Translations under genes and position numbers: made by a program
Part shown: piece by piece, positions 12,113 to 23,700 of the stretch
Layout: every line of letters starts with the position of its first letter
Numbering within the stretch: position 1 is the first letter of the stretch
Assembly (NCBI GenBank): GCA_023334545.1
Contig: JAADVB010000006.1
Coordinates: 1-64,000, forward strand
Length of the DNA stretch: 64,000 bases
Origin: Salisapilia sapeloensis CBS 127946
Taxonomy: Eukaryota; Protista; Oomycota
Reading direction: 5' to 3'
The notes under the pieces: generated by a model
Seen by the model: the letters and a program-made list of their open reading frames with translations, nothing else
Database searches by the model: none
Told to the model about the DNA's origin: nothing

Positions 12113-12764
12113 TCAAACAGGGATACTTTCAAGTGTGGCACGGCCGGTCTTCAATCTCTCCAACCATCCGGAAGATGATGGGAATGCCACCATATACGAG
12201 CTCTGGCCATCCAACACGGCCTCCTTGGAGACGAGGAGGGACATTGCGAGACCGATCTCAATTCGCTAAGAAGTAGATGGCATCAACTAGCTCTTGTGTA
12301 TTTCTCCACGAGTGTTAAAAGTACGCTAGACGTACTCGCTCTGTCGTCAGTGTACTCGTGAGCTTCCACTTCCGATGCTCTGATCTTTCGCGTTCAAGGA
12401 TGAGGTGTGCTCCTACAAACTTCAAGTCAACGCGAGCTTGAACATATGGATCGTTTTTCAGTGAGCTCTCACGAAGCAAAGAATCACACGTAGGGCCGCT
12501 AGGTTATCCCAATCGATGCTTTTGAATACGCTCTATTCTCCTATACCAAAAGTGGAAAAATGATGAACAAAAGTTTTTGGTCGATTGTCAAGATCGCTAC
12601 TTGGTGTCCTCGTGCTCCAGTGTTCGATTGATCCGCGGCTTTTCGAGATCATACAAAAAGCTAGTGAGTCCAGAATTCGCAACATTTTCCTTACAAGCAG
12701 CGGTGTTGCTTCGAATTACTAGCTTTTTGTATATCTCTGACCGACAAAGCGACCTAAGCCACAT
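12113..12764 (-). CDS. Possible small spliced orphan gene (~160 aa)
   Basis: Exons can be joined by GT-AG introns into MWLRSLCRS...PYVQARVDLKFVGAHLILERERSEHRKWKL...RIEIGLAMSLLVSKE...LESIPV-TGA. No homology recognised; the 5' exon is uncertain. Confidence 0.35.
12645..12737. repeat. Long imperfect inverted repeat (fold-back hairpin)
   Basis: ATACAAAAAGCTAGT (12651-12665) pairs perfectly with ACTAGCTTTTTGTAT (12718-12732). Pairing extends outward (GAGAT/ATCTC) and inward (AATTC/GAATT, GCAACA/TGTTGC), giving about 31 bp in 93 nt. Confidence 0.85.
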
Positions 12765-12956
12765 CCTTGAGCGAGGATCACGAGGTAGCGATCGAGTCGA
12801 CTACCCAAACTTTCGATTTTCAAAATTCCAATTTTGACATATACGGATAGAGCATGCTCAAGAGTGTCTATTGAGCGGGTCTAGAGTGTCTGCATGGCAT
12901 TCCTTCGCCTCTAGAAGACCGGAGTATGTCTACGACTGTTCAAGGTACACCGTCTA

Positions 12957-13347
12957 CTAGAAGGCTCGATTGCTGTCCGAGATTGCCATGCGCGTGCAGT
13001 GAAAGTAGAAACTCGATGGAAAATAGTACAGCTCCTGCTCATTCGTTGTCGTGGTCTTTGTTAATCATGCTTTTATCATGTACTTGTATATTGTCATCGG
13101 CTTCCTCTTCGTGATCGTTATCATGAAGCACAACTATCTTGTCCAAGACGACCGATCTTCCACGCCATAACCAGGCTTCACGCACTTTGAACATCGATTT
13201 ACTGCTCTCTCCATCTTTTGATGCACTCTTGGATAAGACGCGTCTTGATTCGAGGATCCACTGTCCACGTCGACTTCCAACTTCCACTTCCTCCTCGCTG
13301 ACGATAGCTTCAAGCTCTTTATTTCGTGATGCACGCATTCGATCCAT
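12957..13347 (-). CDS. Possible small orphan gene (~110 aa), probably with one intron
   Basis: ORF MDRMRASRNKELE...FKVREAWLWRGRSVVLDKIVV. A GTACAT..GAGCAG intron would join it in frame to ELYYFPSSFYFHCTR...-TAG(12957). Confidence 0.4.
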
Positions 13348-13482
13348 CTTGATGCTTTCTAACGACGGTCATGCACCTCTTCAAAGTTACACCATCGCAC
13401 GAAGATAAATAAAAACGTTTCACATCCGACTAGTTAAACCACCGACAGATCAAATATGAAATCTAAAAGGATTTACTTGTCG

Positions 13483-16400
13483 TTACTCGTCTTGAGATCT
13501 GCTTCGGCTACTAAACTCCATAAGAGGGACGACGGATGGTCGTCCATGGGCACACTGGAATGGAAGGTTGCACCCTCGAAGACCCTGAATGATGCGTTCG
13601 CAAGAGCGAAGGGAAAGAGGGTCACCAAACATGATCGCTCCACGGCATGCACGAGAATGTAAAAGACGCGTGATGCTATGTGGACGAGAGGAGTCTCTTG
13701 GACATTCAGGATACTTCATCACATGCACCAACAACTCGCGGAAGTCACCGGTCGTTGCGACGCGACGGTCGATCATGGGACTCGATAGGAGCGATATCGC
13801 TGAGCTGTGTTGCCTCGCATTTGATGCTGCATGCTCGAGTGGTGAGACCAATGTTGATGTATCGCTGATGGTGCATCGAAATCCCCATTTAGCCAAGTAG
13901 TCTTGATGGTGACGAACTGTTTGCACCTCTTGTATATTCAGATGTAGTTGAATGGGAACTTGGTGCTCGTGGATGTTGTCAGGGTGGAGGGATCCATCAT
14001 CTCCTATTAACTCGTTTTCCATGAGCTCTAGGCGAATCCGTTCATCTGCGGCATGCTGATCGATGCATAATAGGCGTTGACAGGGAGCATCTTGACTCTC
14101 TTGCACGACCAGTATGAATTTATTATCGACTTGACCAAGAGTACGAAAATTGGCTAGCGAATCCCGGTCCAGCTTACAAGAAGTCGTACTTTGACAGCCA
14201 GAAGTGTCTGTCGTTGGTGCTTTGGACTGGACTATACCTGAAACTTGACTTAGTTTAGGCAACATACCCGACTTCTGACTTCCTTTTATACGAGTCGGTT
14301 GGAAATACTTGGAAGGAGTGAATGGCGTGTCTTGCGAGAAAGATGTTGGTGCTATCAAGCTAACCTCATCGAGATCTCGTGAAGTCTACATCACATATAC
14401 GACGGCTTTATGAACCTGATACTGCCAAATTAATGAGTTTATCGTTACCTGAATTGGACGACTTCGGCGCTCTTTCCAAATTTCCTGAATTGGCCTTGTA
14501 AGTGCCTTCATGTACTTCGAAATGACCGTCGAGTGACTCCTGTTGCTGGATATTATGTTTTCTTGCGATACACTATTCACTAATTAATACTTCAGGTGCT
14601 CCTGTGGGTTGGTATAATTGCCACTCATACCTTACGGACTTGCTTCCATTGCCAGCACACTCAAGATGAGAGACGTCTGGGTGACTCTGCGCCTCAGTGT
14701 GGAAGTGACAGGGAAAATATGTTTCCTCCATATCCTAGATTGCTTGTTTTATAAATTTATTTTGCCAGGAAACTTGTAATAGAAATGCTGTACATGTATA
14801 CAGGCATCTAGGAAGTAGCGATCGTCATCTAGAAGTGTCGATTCTCTTCCAGCATATCTTTTAGATGAATATTTTGATTTAGATGTCATCATTGAGTATG
14901 TGGCATTTTCTTGACTTGGTCCGAAGAAGGCACAACCGTACTCCTCCTCTAGATACTTCTGCTTGTCTTCCATCATAGGAGTTGATTGAGGCAGGTAATC
15001 GTCAAAAGTCACTTCGCCTGGAACGCCGATGTGTTCATGGTACGTCGTGTCGATATCCAGCTCACTCAGGGGCTCTCTCAGGTCTGCTTTAACTTTGCTA
15101 TTCATAAACGGTGAGCATCCTTTATTGCTGTCAGCTCGGTTTCTCTCAAGGCAAATCTACGGTGTATGTGTCAAGTCATGCCATATCGAACTCGAAGGCT
15201 AGGTAGAACAGCGTACATGGACGTATTCGTAGCACAGGTCTTCTAAATCGCTTCGGTGGTGTACGTTCACACTCTTTGTCCCATCAATTCGCGAGAAGCC
15301 ACACGCGTGCGCATTGCAAGTGATCTTGAGTATAAAGATAGGCACTAGATGATGTAGCTTATTAGTACTCACTCTACAAGTATTGCGTTTTAAGGTACAA
15401 GTACGAACCTGCGGAGTATGCCAGAGCTGCATCATTAAAAATCGCTGCGCAGCTTTCGTGGAAATTGTCGATCCACTCATTTCCAAAGTAAACGTATTGG
15501 TAGTAAGCTTTTGCTTCTTTGGAAACCTTGGGATGATCGTTTGGTGTTGTGAAGATCAGTCCAAAGTACCCATGGACAGACATGCTTTCTTCCGGAGAAA
15601 CTAACCGCTTGTACTACATTGTTCAAGCCAACCTTTGTCAGTCTGATCTACCGCGGTGTTTGTTGCGCTTCTTCTATTGAGCATCGCAATGAAACAATGT
15701 ACCTTTAGATCGTTGTACAAGTACTGTCCAAACACCATTAGTAGACGCTCGTTGTAAGTCGCAACTTTCATGATGCGAATTGGTGGATTGCTGCTGTCTG
15801 CAAAGCACACGAAACTGAATATTGGAGCATGTTCGGCATATTAAAAGGTACACAAGCCACTACCTTGGAAGTGAACTGTCAAGTCGAGTTGAGGCCTAAT
15901 GATGGAGACGATTCGGCAAAACCCTTGAATCTTGCGTACGACCTGTGATTGGTACTTGATGTCGCGCTTGATGCTCTTCGTGCGCACCGGTAGTCTGTCG
16001 AATAGACCGTGCACTGTCAGTGTCGTTCCACTCCGCGTTTGATCATTGGTAACTTTCCGAATTGACTTTACGACTCCATTCTAGTCGATAGCATGCCACG
16101 GTAGCCCATTAGATATCATCGCGAAGAAGATGCTTTGTAAGTGTGCATGGATATTACTTGTATCACTTTTTGGAGCGTTGCCCAGCTATGAACAGCTCGG
16201 GATGTAATTTGTACGCTACCTAGAGTTGCCAGCATCAGTAGGAATTGGCCACGACGGCCGCGGTGTTTGACTTTCTGGATCATGCTTCTTGAAGCTACAT
16301 TTTGACATTTTAGGCCGTCAGCGAACTACTTGTAAGCTAAAGGCTATAGCATCTACCTCTACTGACGCCAATGGTCTCTCGAAGTCCAGTTGCTGGAATA

Positions 16401-16711
16401 CCGTTCCCTGAAACCAGAGGTAGTAAACATTAAAGTCGTGATAGCATGTAAGGATGTTTCATAGTGCTCACCATCGTCAACGATAGAGAAAGCACTTTGA
16501 GAAAACGCGATCGTCACGGTTATTTTAGAAGCCTCTGCATCAAGTGCATTTTGAATCGCTAGAATAGACTCAGTATTATATTTGAAGTGGAAACAGGCTC
16601 ATGGAATCTGATCAACTTACCCTCTTGCACAGCCATCGCAAAAGTCGGCAGCGAGTGGGAGGCAACAATGACGTCCTCAGTTTCCTTTGTAACTCTAGAT
16701 AAGCCGTCCAT
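13483..16711 (-). CDS. MLH3: MutL-family mismatch repair / meiotic crossover endonuclease; multi-exon
   Basis: N-terminal GHKL ATPase: MDGLSRV..AVQEAIQNALDAEA..DDGNGIP..GRRGQFL..GTTLTVHGLFDRLPVR. C-terminal endonuclease motifs GQVDNKFI, DQHAADERIRLE, SRACRGAIMFGD, FQCAHGRP. Traced exons join in frame. Confidence 0.92.
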
Positions 16712-17009
16712 ATCTTGTCGCTTGGAGTGAGTAGACACTGATCAGCGTCCGCTAAAGGTGCTTTCTCAATTCTGAATATGCTGCTGCTTTCGCTCCGAGA
16801 AAGAGCACTTTCCACGACGTATATGGGTATACAGCAATGTCTGCAATGGATAAAGTACTTTAGAACTGATAGAGTCTTCTAGAGGACCCTCAAGAAGCAA
16901 ATATCGATCATCACATTAATCCCTGTATTTGTTTTTGCTCTAGTTACCCCCAATGCAAGTTATCCGGATCAACGCATAGAGTAAGCAATTGGACACATGA
17001 CAGCTACGT

Positions 17010-20000
17010 TTACTTGACTTGTAAAAATCCACGCACGTCTCCAGCAAATGCATAGAGGTTATTCTTAAACTCATTCCGCAGTTTGCGTGTCGCCACATTT
17101 CCCATAGCCATGTCGCCTGCTGATAAGAACTGCACCAGCGAAGCAAACGCCGCCATCAGTCTCTGCTGATTCCCTCCATCTTGCTGCTCTTTGCTAAACT
17201 CTTCTGCGATCGAGTAGTACCGATCCTGTTCAATCAGCACGAGAGGGAAAAGAGCTTCAGCACATCCGTCCAAGATGGAAGGATTGAACTCTTCATAAAG
17301 CACGATGCGGTAGATGGCTCGGATATAATGCAGAAACATGTCTGGGTTGGCTTGAAGCGGTCCGCTAAGACCAGGTTTCCCTTGCTGTTTTGCCTTCCAA
17401 TGGAAGTCAGCCAGCTCTCCTAGTGCCTGGAAGCTCTTACGCGCTACATCGACTTGTACATGACGAATACCAAAGAGTAGGGACTGCAATAGCATGCCAA
17501 GTAGCTGGTTATCTAGCGACGATAGCTTCTCAGCGTATACTTCGATCATGTACGATATGAGTGCAAAGTATTGGGAACTTAGACTCGGATACTGCAGAAG
17601 TTGTTCTGTCATGAGCGGGATGATCTGACTGAGACCGGAGAAGACGACCTTGGCGACAGTCCCAGACGCACTCTCAGCGCCAGACTGTTCAAGCGAGTAG
17701 TCTGCGAAATCAATAAAATCTTTCGTGACCAAGTGAGAGAGGAGCTGTAGCAATGCGAGGAGATCAGCAAAGCTCTCTTCTTCCACGTCACCAAGGACAC
17801 TCACTTTACGCAGGTTATGTCGACCATAGGACAAGATCAGATCGTTACATGCAGTGTACATATGCAGTGCTTCTTGTGGAGACAAGAATGAAATCTGGGT
17901 GTCAGCAAGAGAGCAGAAGAACGTTAGTGTCAAGTAGACTAGTTGTGAATCTCCATGGAAGAGGTCAAAGAGCTTGACGATTGACGGAAGAGCAGGCAAG
18001 GTGAATGCAGAGATGAGTCCCTGCGTTCCAGGCTCTGCTGCACGTGCGATGCCAGAGTACATTTCCAGTACAAGCTTTAGTTCCTCTTGGATACGCACGT
18101 TATTCACGCAGTCGGTCGATCCGAGATTCGGGATGGATAAAATCGATTGCAGTCGTGCCTCTACTGGGCGCGACACAGCTAGGAACTGGTTTTGAGCCAT
18201 TTCTTGGTTATCAGCAGTCGACGATGCTCTGCAGAGAACTTCTGTAAGCACACCACGTGACTGGGATGGGACACGAGCGACAGCAGCTCGCAGGGCATCC
18301 GTCTCTTCCTTTAACGTCACCACTGACCCAGCAGCACCATTGGCTTGGATGAGAGACTGCCAAGTAGGACTATTCAAGACGCTGCCGATGGCTTTGCTCT
18401 TCGCCAGCACGAGGAAGCACTCGAGTAGGTTTTGCATGACACCTGGTTGCGTCGGCCAGTGCGCCAAGTACGTAGTGCACTTTTGAACAAGGAAGACGAT
18501 GAGCTCTCCACCATGTCCACCGTTATCAGTACGAAATAGCTGTCGAAGGGCGATGGGGGTGTTACTATCATCACGCACGTTCTCTGGATTCATGTACGTC
18601 GCACAGATGCGAGTGATCGTTTGTAGTAGTTGCTCTCCTACGAACGGACTTAGGAGCGAACTAGAAGGGTTTTGAGCAACGCGAGTTGTCTCTAGTTCTA
18701 GTAGATCACTCAGAACATAGCGGAGTATACTAGCAACAGATGGAGCGTCTGCGGACCCTTGTTCCTGGAAGGTGGAGAGGATACGAACGGGTATGCCTGG
18801 ACGCTCACTTCGATAGTCATCAGCAAGGAAAAGACCGATGAAACGAAGCAAGAAATGGAGCTTTTCAAAGTGCTGCGATAGCTCTGGTGGCATATCACGG
18901 GTGTCTCCTCGAGCGGCAATGACGTTCTGCGCATCCGAGACGACGGATTTTGTGAGTGTTAGGAGCAAAGATGATGTCGAACTAGCGTTCATCCGAGCTA
19001 GAGCTGCTGCCATTTCTATTTGCTCTAAAGAAGACATCGGAGACGGTTCTTCCACGTCATCTGCCTCCTCTTCCTCCACCAAGGCTTCGATAGCTGCTAG
19101 TTCGAGCTGGACTTGGAGATACAAGTCGACGACTGGTGCAGCATACTTAGCGAGTGCCGAGGTGATAGCTGTGGTGTTGAGTTGGTTCGACTCTGCTCCA
19201 TGCATTGAAGCAGGGATACTCGAATCAAGCAACGGATTGTCCACGAGAGCGACCCATGCATCCATAAGTACGTCAAAGCCCTCTAGCTGCCATAGTTCGT
19301 CAATATTCTCTCCTATATGATGAAGCTGATGTGCTTTCGTCTGTTCCAGGGCTAACGAAAGGAGTTTGCAGGACAACGAGGCTAGCTCTTCGACAAATGG
19401 CAAGAATATATCTGAAGAGGAACTCGCGAGTCCTTTTAGTCCGAGATTTACAACAAGTCGAAAGAACAAGTGGCTCATATCAATCAGTTCTCGCGCCGCA
19501 ACTTCACATGCAGTCGGGTCATCTGCTGGCACGAGGTCCAGGAACGGGTTACGAATGATCGTAGTTGCGCCTCGGAAGATCTCAGCGAGAAACTGAGTCT
19601 GTTCGACTGTAGACACGAACATGGAACCTTGGAGAGATGCTAATTGCAGTAAGAACTGACGTGATAGATGCAGTAGCGTCTCATTTTGCGCGCCGATGCT
19701 ACGAAAGTAGGCGTACGTATTGAACGCAGCGTGAATGAGAGCTGGACGGACGAGAGCAGAGCGCCAGGACTCAGATGCAGCGATCATTCGCTTTTGCTTA
19801 TTCCCACTTGCTTCGTTCGAAGGACCAGAGAGACTCCAGCTGAGGTTTAAATTGCTACCTGCACCTTCAAAGTTCCAATTGACTAGTTCAATACAGAGTT
19901 GGAAAGTTGTTTCTAATAAATCCAATTGCTCTTTCGGAATGGCAGACACCGATCCTGCAGCTGGTTGCATCGATGATGCTGCCATCTCACCGCCATTCGT

Positions 20001-20663
20001 GTACACGGACGTCGACCGAATGAGGTCTTCTAGTAATTGCACAGCAAAGCTCAGTAGTTTCGACAAACCCTGCTCCTCCAAGTTTTTACGAGTCTTCGTG
20101 TGGAACTCTACAGGTTGCAGCATCCGACTTGACCGTGAGGCCGATGAAAACTCCGTCACGAACGCAAGCATCCACTTGGCAGCCGTCAATCGAGTCACAG
20201 TCTGCGTCGATAGTGCACTCACAGGTGTTGCTGCATCCAATTGCGACTGATCAGAGCCAGCACTTCCGTGAAGTAGCATTGCACCCATTTGATCGAGAAT
20301 AGCGTCACGCTCTGGCTGCGTGCGTTCGAGCCATCCACGCTTGAGGAGTAGTGAGATCGTTTGCAAGATACTACCTGATACGAAAGTTGGCAGCTGGGAG
20401 TACCGCTGACTGACGAAATGCATTAACGCATCTAGAGGTTGTGATCGCTCCTGTGGACTTAGACTACGCCATCGAGTGAGCGCAGCTTCTCGGATCGCGA
20501 CGACGCAATGGAATTGGACGACTGCATGCTGTGTGCTTGTAAGAACCTGTACAGCCTCATGAAGTATTTGCTGACGTCTCTTAAATTGCTCTAGTGCATC
20601 ACGTGCCTGCGGGTCATTCGGTGCCGCCTGCAGCCGCAAGCATGCAGCTTCCAACGCTTCCAT
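17010..20663 (-). CDS. XPO4: Exportin-4-like karyopherin, intronless, ~1217 aa
   Basis: Start MEALEAACLRLQ (ATG 20663); importin-beta N-terminal helix VVQFHCVVAIREAALTRW; HEAT-like helical body; LLQYPSLSSQYF; C-terminus NLYAFAGDVRGFLQVK. Confidence 0.85.
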   Translation of the reverse strand: MEALEAACLRLQAAPNDPQARDALEQFKRRQQILHEAVQVLTSTQHAVVQFHCVVAIREAALTRWRSLSPQERSQPLDALMHFVSQRYSQLPTFVSGSILQTISLLLKRGWLERTQPERDAILDQMGAMLLHGSAGSDQSQLDAATPVSALSTQTVTRLTAAKWMLAFVTEFSSASRSSRMLQPVEFHTKTRKNLEEQGLSKLLSFAVQLLEDLIRSTSVYTNGGEMAASSMQPAAGSVSAIPKEQLDLLETTFQLCIELVNWNFEGAGSNLNLSWSLSGPSNEASGNKQKRMIAASESWRSALVRPALIHAAFNTYAYFRSIGAQNETLLHLSRQFLLQLASLQGSMFVSTVEQTQFLAEIFRGATTIIRNPFLDLVPADDPTACEVAARELIDMSHLFFRLVVNLGLKGLASSSSDIFLPFVEELASLSCKLLSLALEQTKAHQLHHIGENIDELWQLEGFDVLMDAWVALVDNPLLDSSIPASMHGAESNQLNTTAITSALAKYAAPVVDLYLQVQLELAAIEALVEEEEADDVEEPSPMSSLEQIEMAAALARMNASSTSSLLLTLTKSVVSDAQNVIAARGDTRDMPPELSQHFEKLHFLLRFIGLFLADDYRSERPGIPVRILSTFQEQGSADAPSVASILRYVLSDLLELETTRVAQNPSSSLLSPFVGEQLLQTITRICATYMNPENVRDDSNTPIALRQLFRTDNGGHGGELIVFLVQKCTTYLAHWPTQPGVMQNLLECFLVLAKSKAIGSVLNSPTWQSLIQANGAAGSVVTLKEETDALRAAVARVPSQSRGVLTEVLCRASSTADNQEMAQNQFLAVSRPVEARLQSILSIPNLGSTDCVNNVRIQEELKLVLEMYSGIARAAEPGTQGLISAFTLPALPSIVKLFDLFHGDSQLVYLTLTFFCSLADTQISFLSPQEALHMYTACNDLILSYGRHNLRKVSVLGDVEEESFADLLALLQLLSHLVTKDFIDFADYSLEQSGAESASGTVAKVVFSGLSQIIPLMTEQLLQYPSLSSQYFALISYMIEVYAEKLSSLDNQLLGMLLQSLLFGIRHVQVDVARKSFQALGELADFHWKAKQQGKPGLSGPLQANPDMFLHYIRAIYRIVLYEEFNPSILDGCAEALFPLVLIEQDRYYSIAEEFSKEQQDGGNQQRLMAAFASLVQFLSAGDMAMGNVATRKLRNEFKNNLYAFAGDVRGFLQVK

Positions 20664-20747
20664 TTTGGTGTGAAGTACCGGTACAGTACCTGCAGATGGG
20701 TGGTACGATGCTGGTATTTTGACGGTACTTTGACAATAAAAAGGAAG

Positions 20748-23700
20748 ATGGAGCAAATGACTCAGATCACTGCTCGTTGCGTGGAAGTAATCGCGCTCCA
20801 AGGACGACGTGGGATCAGTATTCGAGAATTGTTTGGTGTAGTGGATCCGTCAGCAGATAATGAGCTTCGAATATTTATGTGGCGCGTTCTAGTGGCGATG
20901 AGCGGCCATCAGCTCTTCTTTTATCGCCTCGTCGGTGGCAATCGCATGCGAGAACGTGGCAAGAAGCGGTCTATGAAACGCAAACGATCCAATACAAGTT
21001 CTTATGAGAGTTTAATTCCGGTACGTAAGCAGAAACGGCCGTCGCACGCTACTAAAGATGCAGAGAAGGAAAATGACCAGGAAGATCAGGGACAATCTGA
21101 TTGTAGTCAAACAATTGATACAGGTGAATTAGAAGATACGCCAGTATCCTCAATCACAACTAGAGACTACTCTTTGGGTGAAGAAGTAGACGTTAGTTGT
21201 ATGACATATACCCAAGCGACTGCAAGTGACCAAGATAGCGTGGGCGTCATGGCGTCCGAGGAGTTCAGACTGCGTGCGTTAGGCGTTGAAAGTACAGAGA
21301 CCTTAGATGCATCATCTCCCGTCTACGATTTATTAGAACTTGTTGGTCAGGCTGGAGTATCTGGTCTGTCGTCTGCTAGTGCACTTGCCACTGACCTCTT
21401 TGAATCGTCTTCTCGATTCTACTATTGCGTTGAGCAACTTGTGCTCGGTGGATATGCTGTACGGAGAACAATCCAGGATGGAAAGAACTCATACATTATT
21501 TTGTATTTAAAACACTTCGCCAATGAATCTGGTCAACAAGGCACTCACGACATCAACTGTACAGAAGGATCGCCGTCTTTCGATGCGATAGCACATTCCA
21601 TTGCTCAATTTCTTCGTGATCGTGGTCAAAGCAATTGTATTCTTGCCAATATTGGTCATGAACTAGGCTACAGCAAGAAATTTCAACGTTCGCTTCGGAA
21701 TCACTTTACCAAGATGCTCGCAAAGGACGCTACATTTCCACTCGTCCCGTTCAAAGCTAAATGTACATCCAGGAACCAAGCTGATACTCTTGTAAGCGGA
21801 CGTTCTATGTGGTGTCTACGCCTGCAAACGAAAGCTTCTGATGAGAAAATAAGCACAAAGGAACGTACGAGCTCACTTGTGCTTGAGTCTGGACTTGTGG
21901 AGCAGGCAAGAAATTTCATTGAACATAGAGGTCGTGAGGGTCTTACGATAACCGAACTTGGAGATCAATTACAGGTGCCTACGGCCAACATTCTCAAGCG
22001 TCTGACGAATGAACTTATTATTAAGTACGACGTGAGAGCGGAAGAAACGACCGAAGGGAAAGCAAAATCACAGCGATTATTCCTCATACCTTCTGGGAAT
22101 AGTAGCAACAAGTCTACAGCTGACTTACGTAAAGATGAAAGCGTTGAAGAGGGTAAAAGAGCCGCTTCATCCTCATCTACCTCCAAAGTATCATCTGAAG
22201 ATCGCGCTATTCGAATACTTGACATTGTTGCAGACAAAAAGATCGTTTCGATGGACCAATTGCAGTCTAAACTAGCGGAAATGGAGCAAGTGATAGGTGA
22301 TGGAAAGAAAGCTACAGCACAAAAGTTGGACTTGCGTTCAGTAAGACCTGCACTTAAGAAGTTGATCGACAAAGGAAAGGTGATTACCGTCAGCATTGCG
22401 TTACCAGCGACTTCGAAACGGCAAAAGAAGCAGCGTGTCATTGAATGTATAGCTTTGTCTGGTTGTGAGCAGGATGCAGATGCTCTCCGAGCTATTAAGG
22501 AAGCGCATGTATCACAGGAGAAGGAAAAGAACATGATGCAGAGTGAAAATACGGACTTATTATCTCTGCAGAATGCTGCATTGACGTCGAATGTGTCTAT
22601 TAAAGCAAAAGTCGTTGAAGATAAATCGAAACCTGCTACGAAGACGACTGAGGCAACTGGCAGTAGTTTAGAAGAACAAAGCCGACAACTCGGTCTGTTA
22701 CCCGGACACGCTCGTCGCTGGGAGCTGCTCCACAAGCTACTATGGCAACAGGTCGACAGACAACTAAGTGAAGACGCATGCGAATCACCAAAAAAGACGA
22801 AGGATAGGCTTTGTGTACATTTACAGGAGGTAATAGACACAACACCCATCCAGTCATACATGCAGCTGGTAGGTGTGGGCGAACCACTTAGCGATGATGA
22901 AATGAGTGATGTCCAGTCTGCAATAGCAGGCCAGCTTGCTTGGGATTTGTTGAGCGATACTGCTCGAACGAAGATTCGAGGTCGTGAAGTCGATCGCTTT
23001 ACGAACCTCATTGATCCGCTTATTCAGCTAAGCTTAGTCCATTGGGAAGTAGGCCTTCAAGACAGTTCTTGTGCTGATACTGCAAGTAGTGCCCAATCCA
23101 AGCCTTCCGAGGTGATAGTGAGGCTGTGTGAACGTGCTAAGATGAAAGTGAAGAAAGGAAGCAAGGTCTTTCGAAAGCTACCAACGGGTGCAGAGCTGTA
23201 CTTAGCTACATCGACAGCAGAGGCTGACGAGAGTGAGAGTAGACAAAGACTTCAGCTAACTTTTCTCTTTAAGAGTAGTAAAGATACGACGTTGTATTGG
23301 CAGAATCTTGGGCTACTAAGCACGGAAGGTGGTCGTCTCGTCTGGACGAATGGTGTTCAAGCAGACGAAAGCAGTGGCTTAGAGGATAAGGTTTGGTCTG
23401 CTCCTCTTGAACAGTACAATCTACATGCAAAAGCGACTTGGGCGATGGATGATGGCGATATAAATGACGCCAAGAGTACGTCGCCACCTAAGCAAGTGAT
23501 AAAGAAAACTCGAAAGCGATGGTCGAATCCAAAAAGAAGGAATCGGACTATAAAAGCTCATCAGCAGCTTGACGATGACAGTGAACAGATACCGTCGGAG
23601 GGTGTACAAGTGTCTGATGATACCACTTTTATGGCGAAAATCCTTCCTTATCGACCACGCCCGAATGCTAGTGAGCGTGCATCGAACTGGACACTTGATA

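Noticed and set aside
12825-12850. Minus-strand TATATGTCAAAATTGGAA resembling part of U6 snRNA
   Set aside because: The match does not continue into the invariant ACAGAGA box.
16190-16210. Apparent frameshift/pseudogenisation in MLH3
   Set aside because: On re-reading, the frame is intact (ITSRAVHSW); the other stops traced fall in introns.
21965-23011. 348-aa antisense ORF inside GTF3C1
   Set aside because: Ser-rich shadow of the sense codons with no recognisable motifs.
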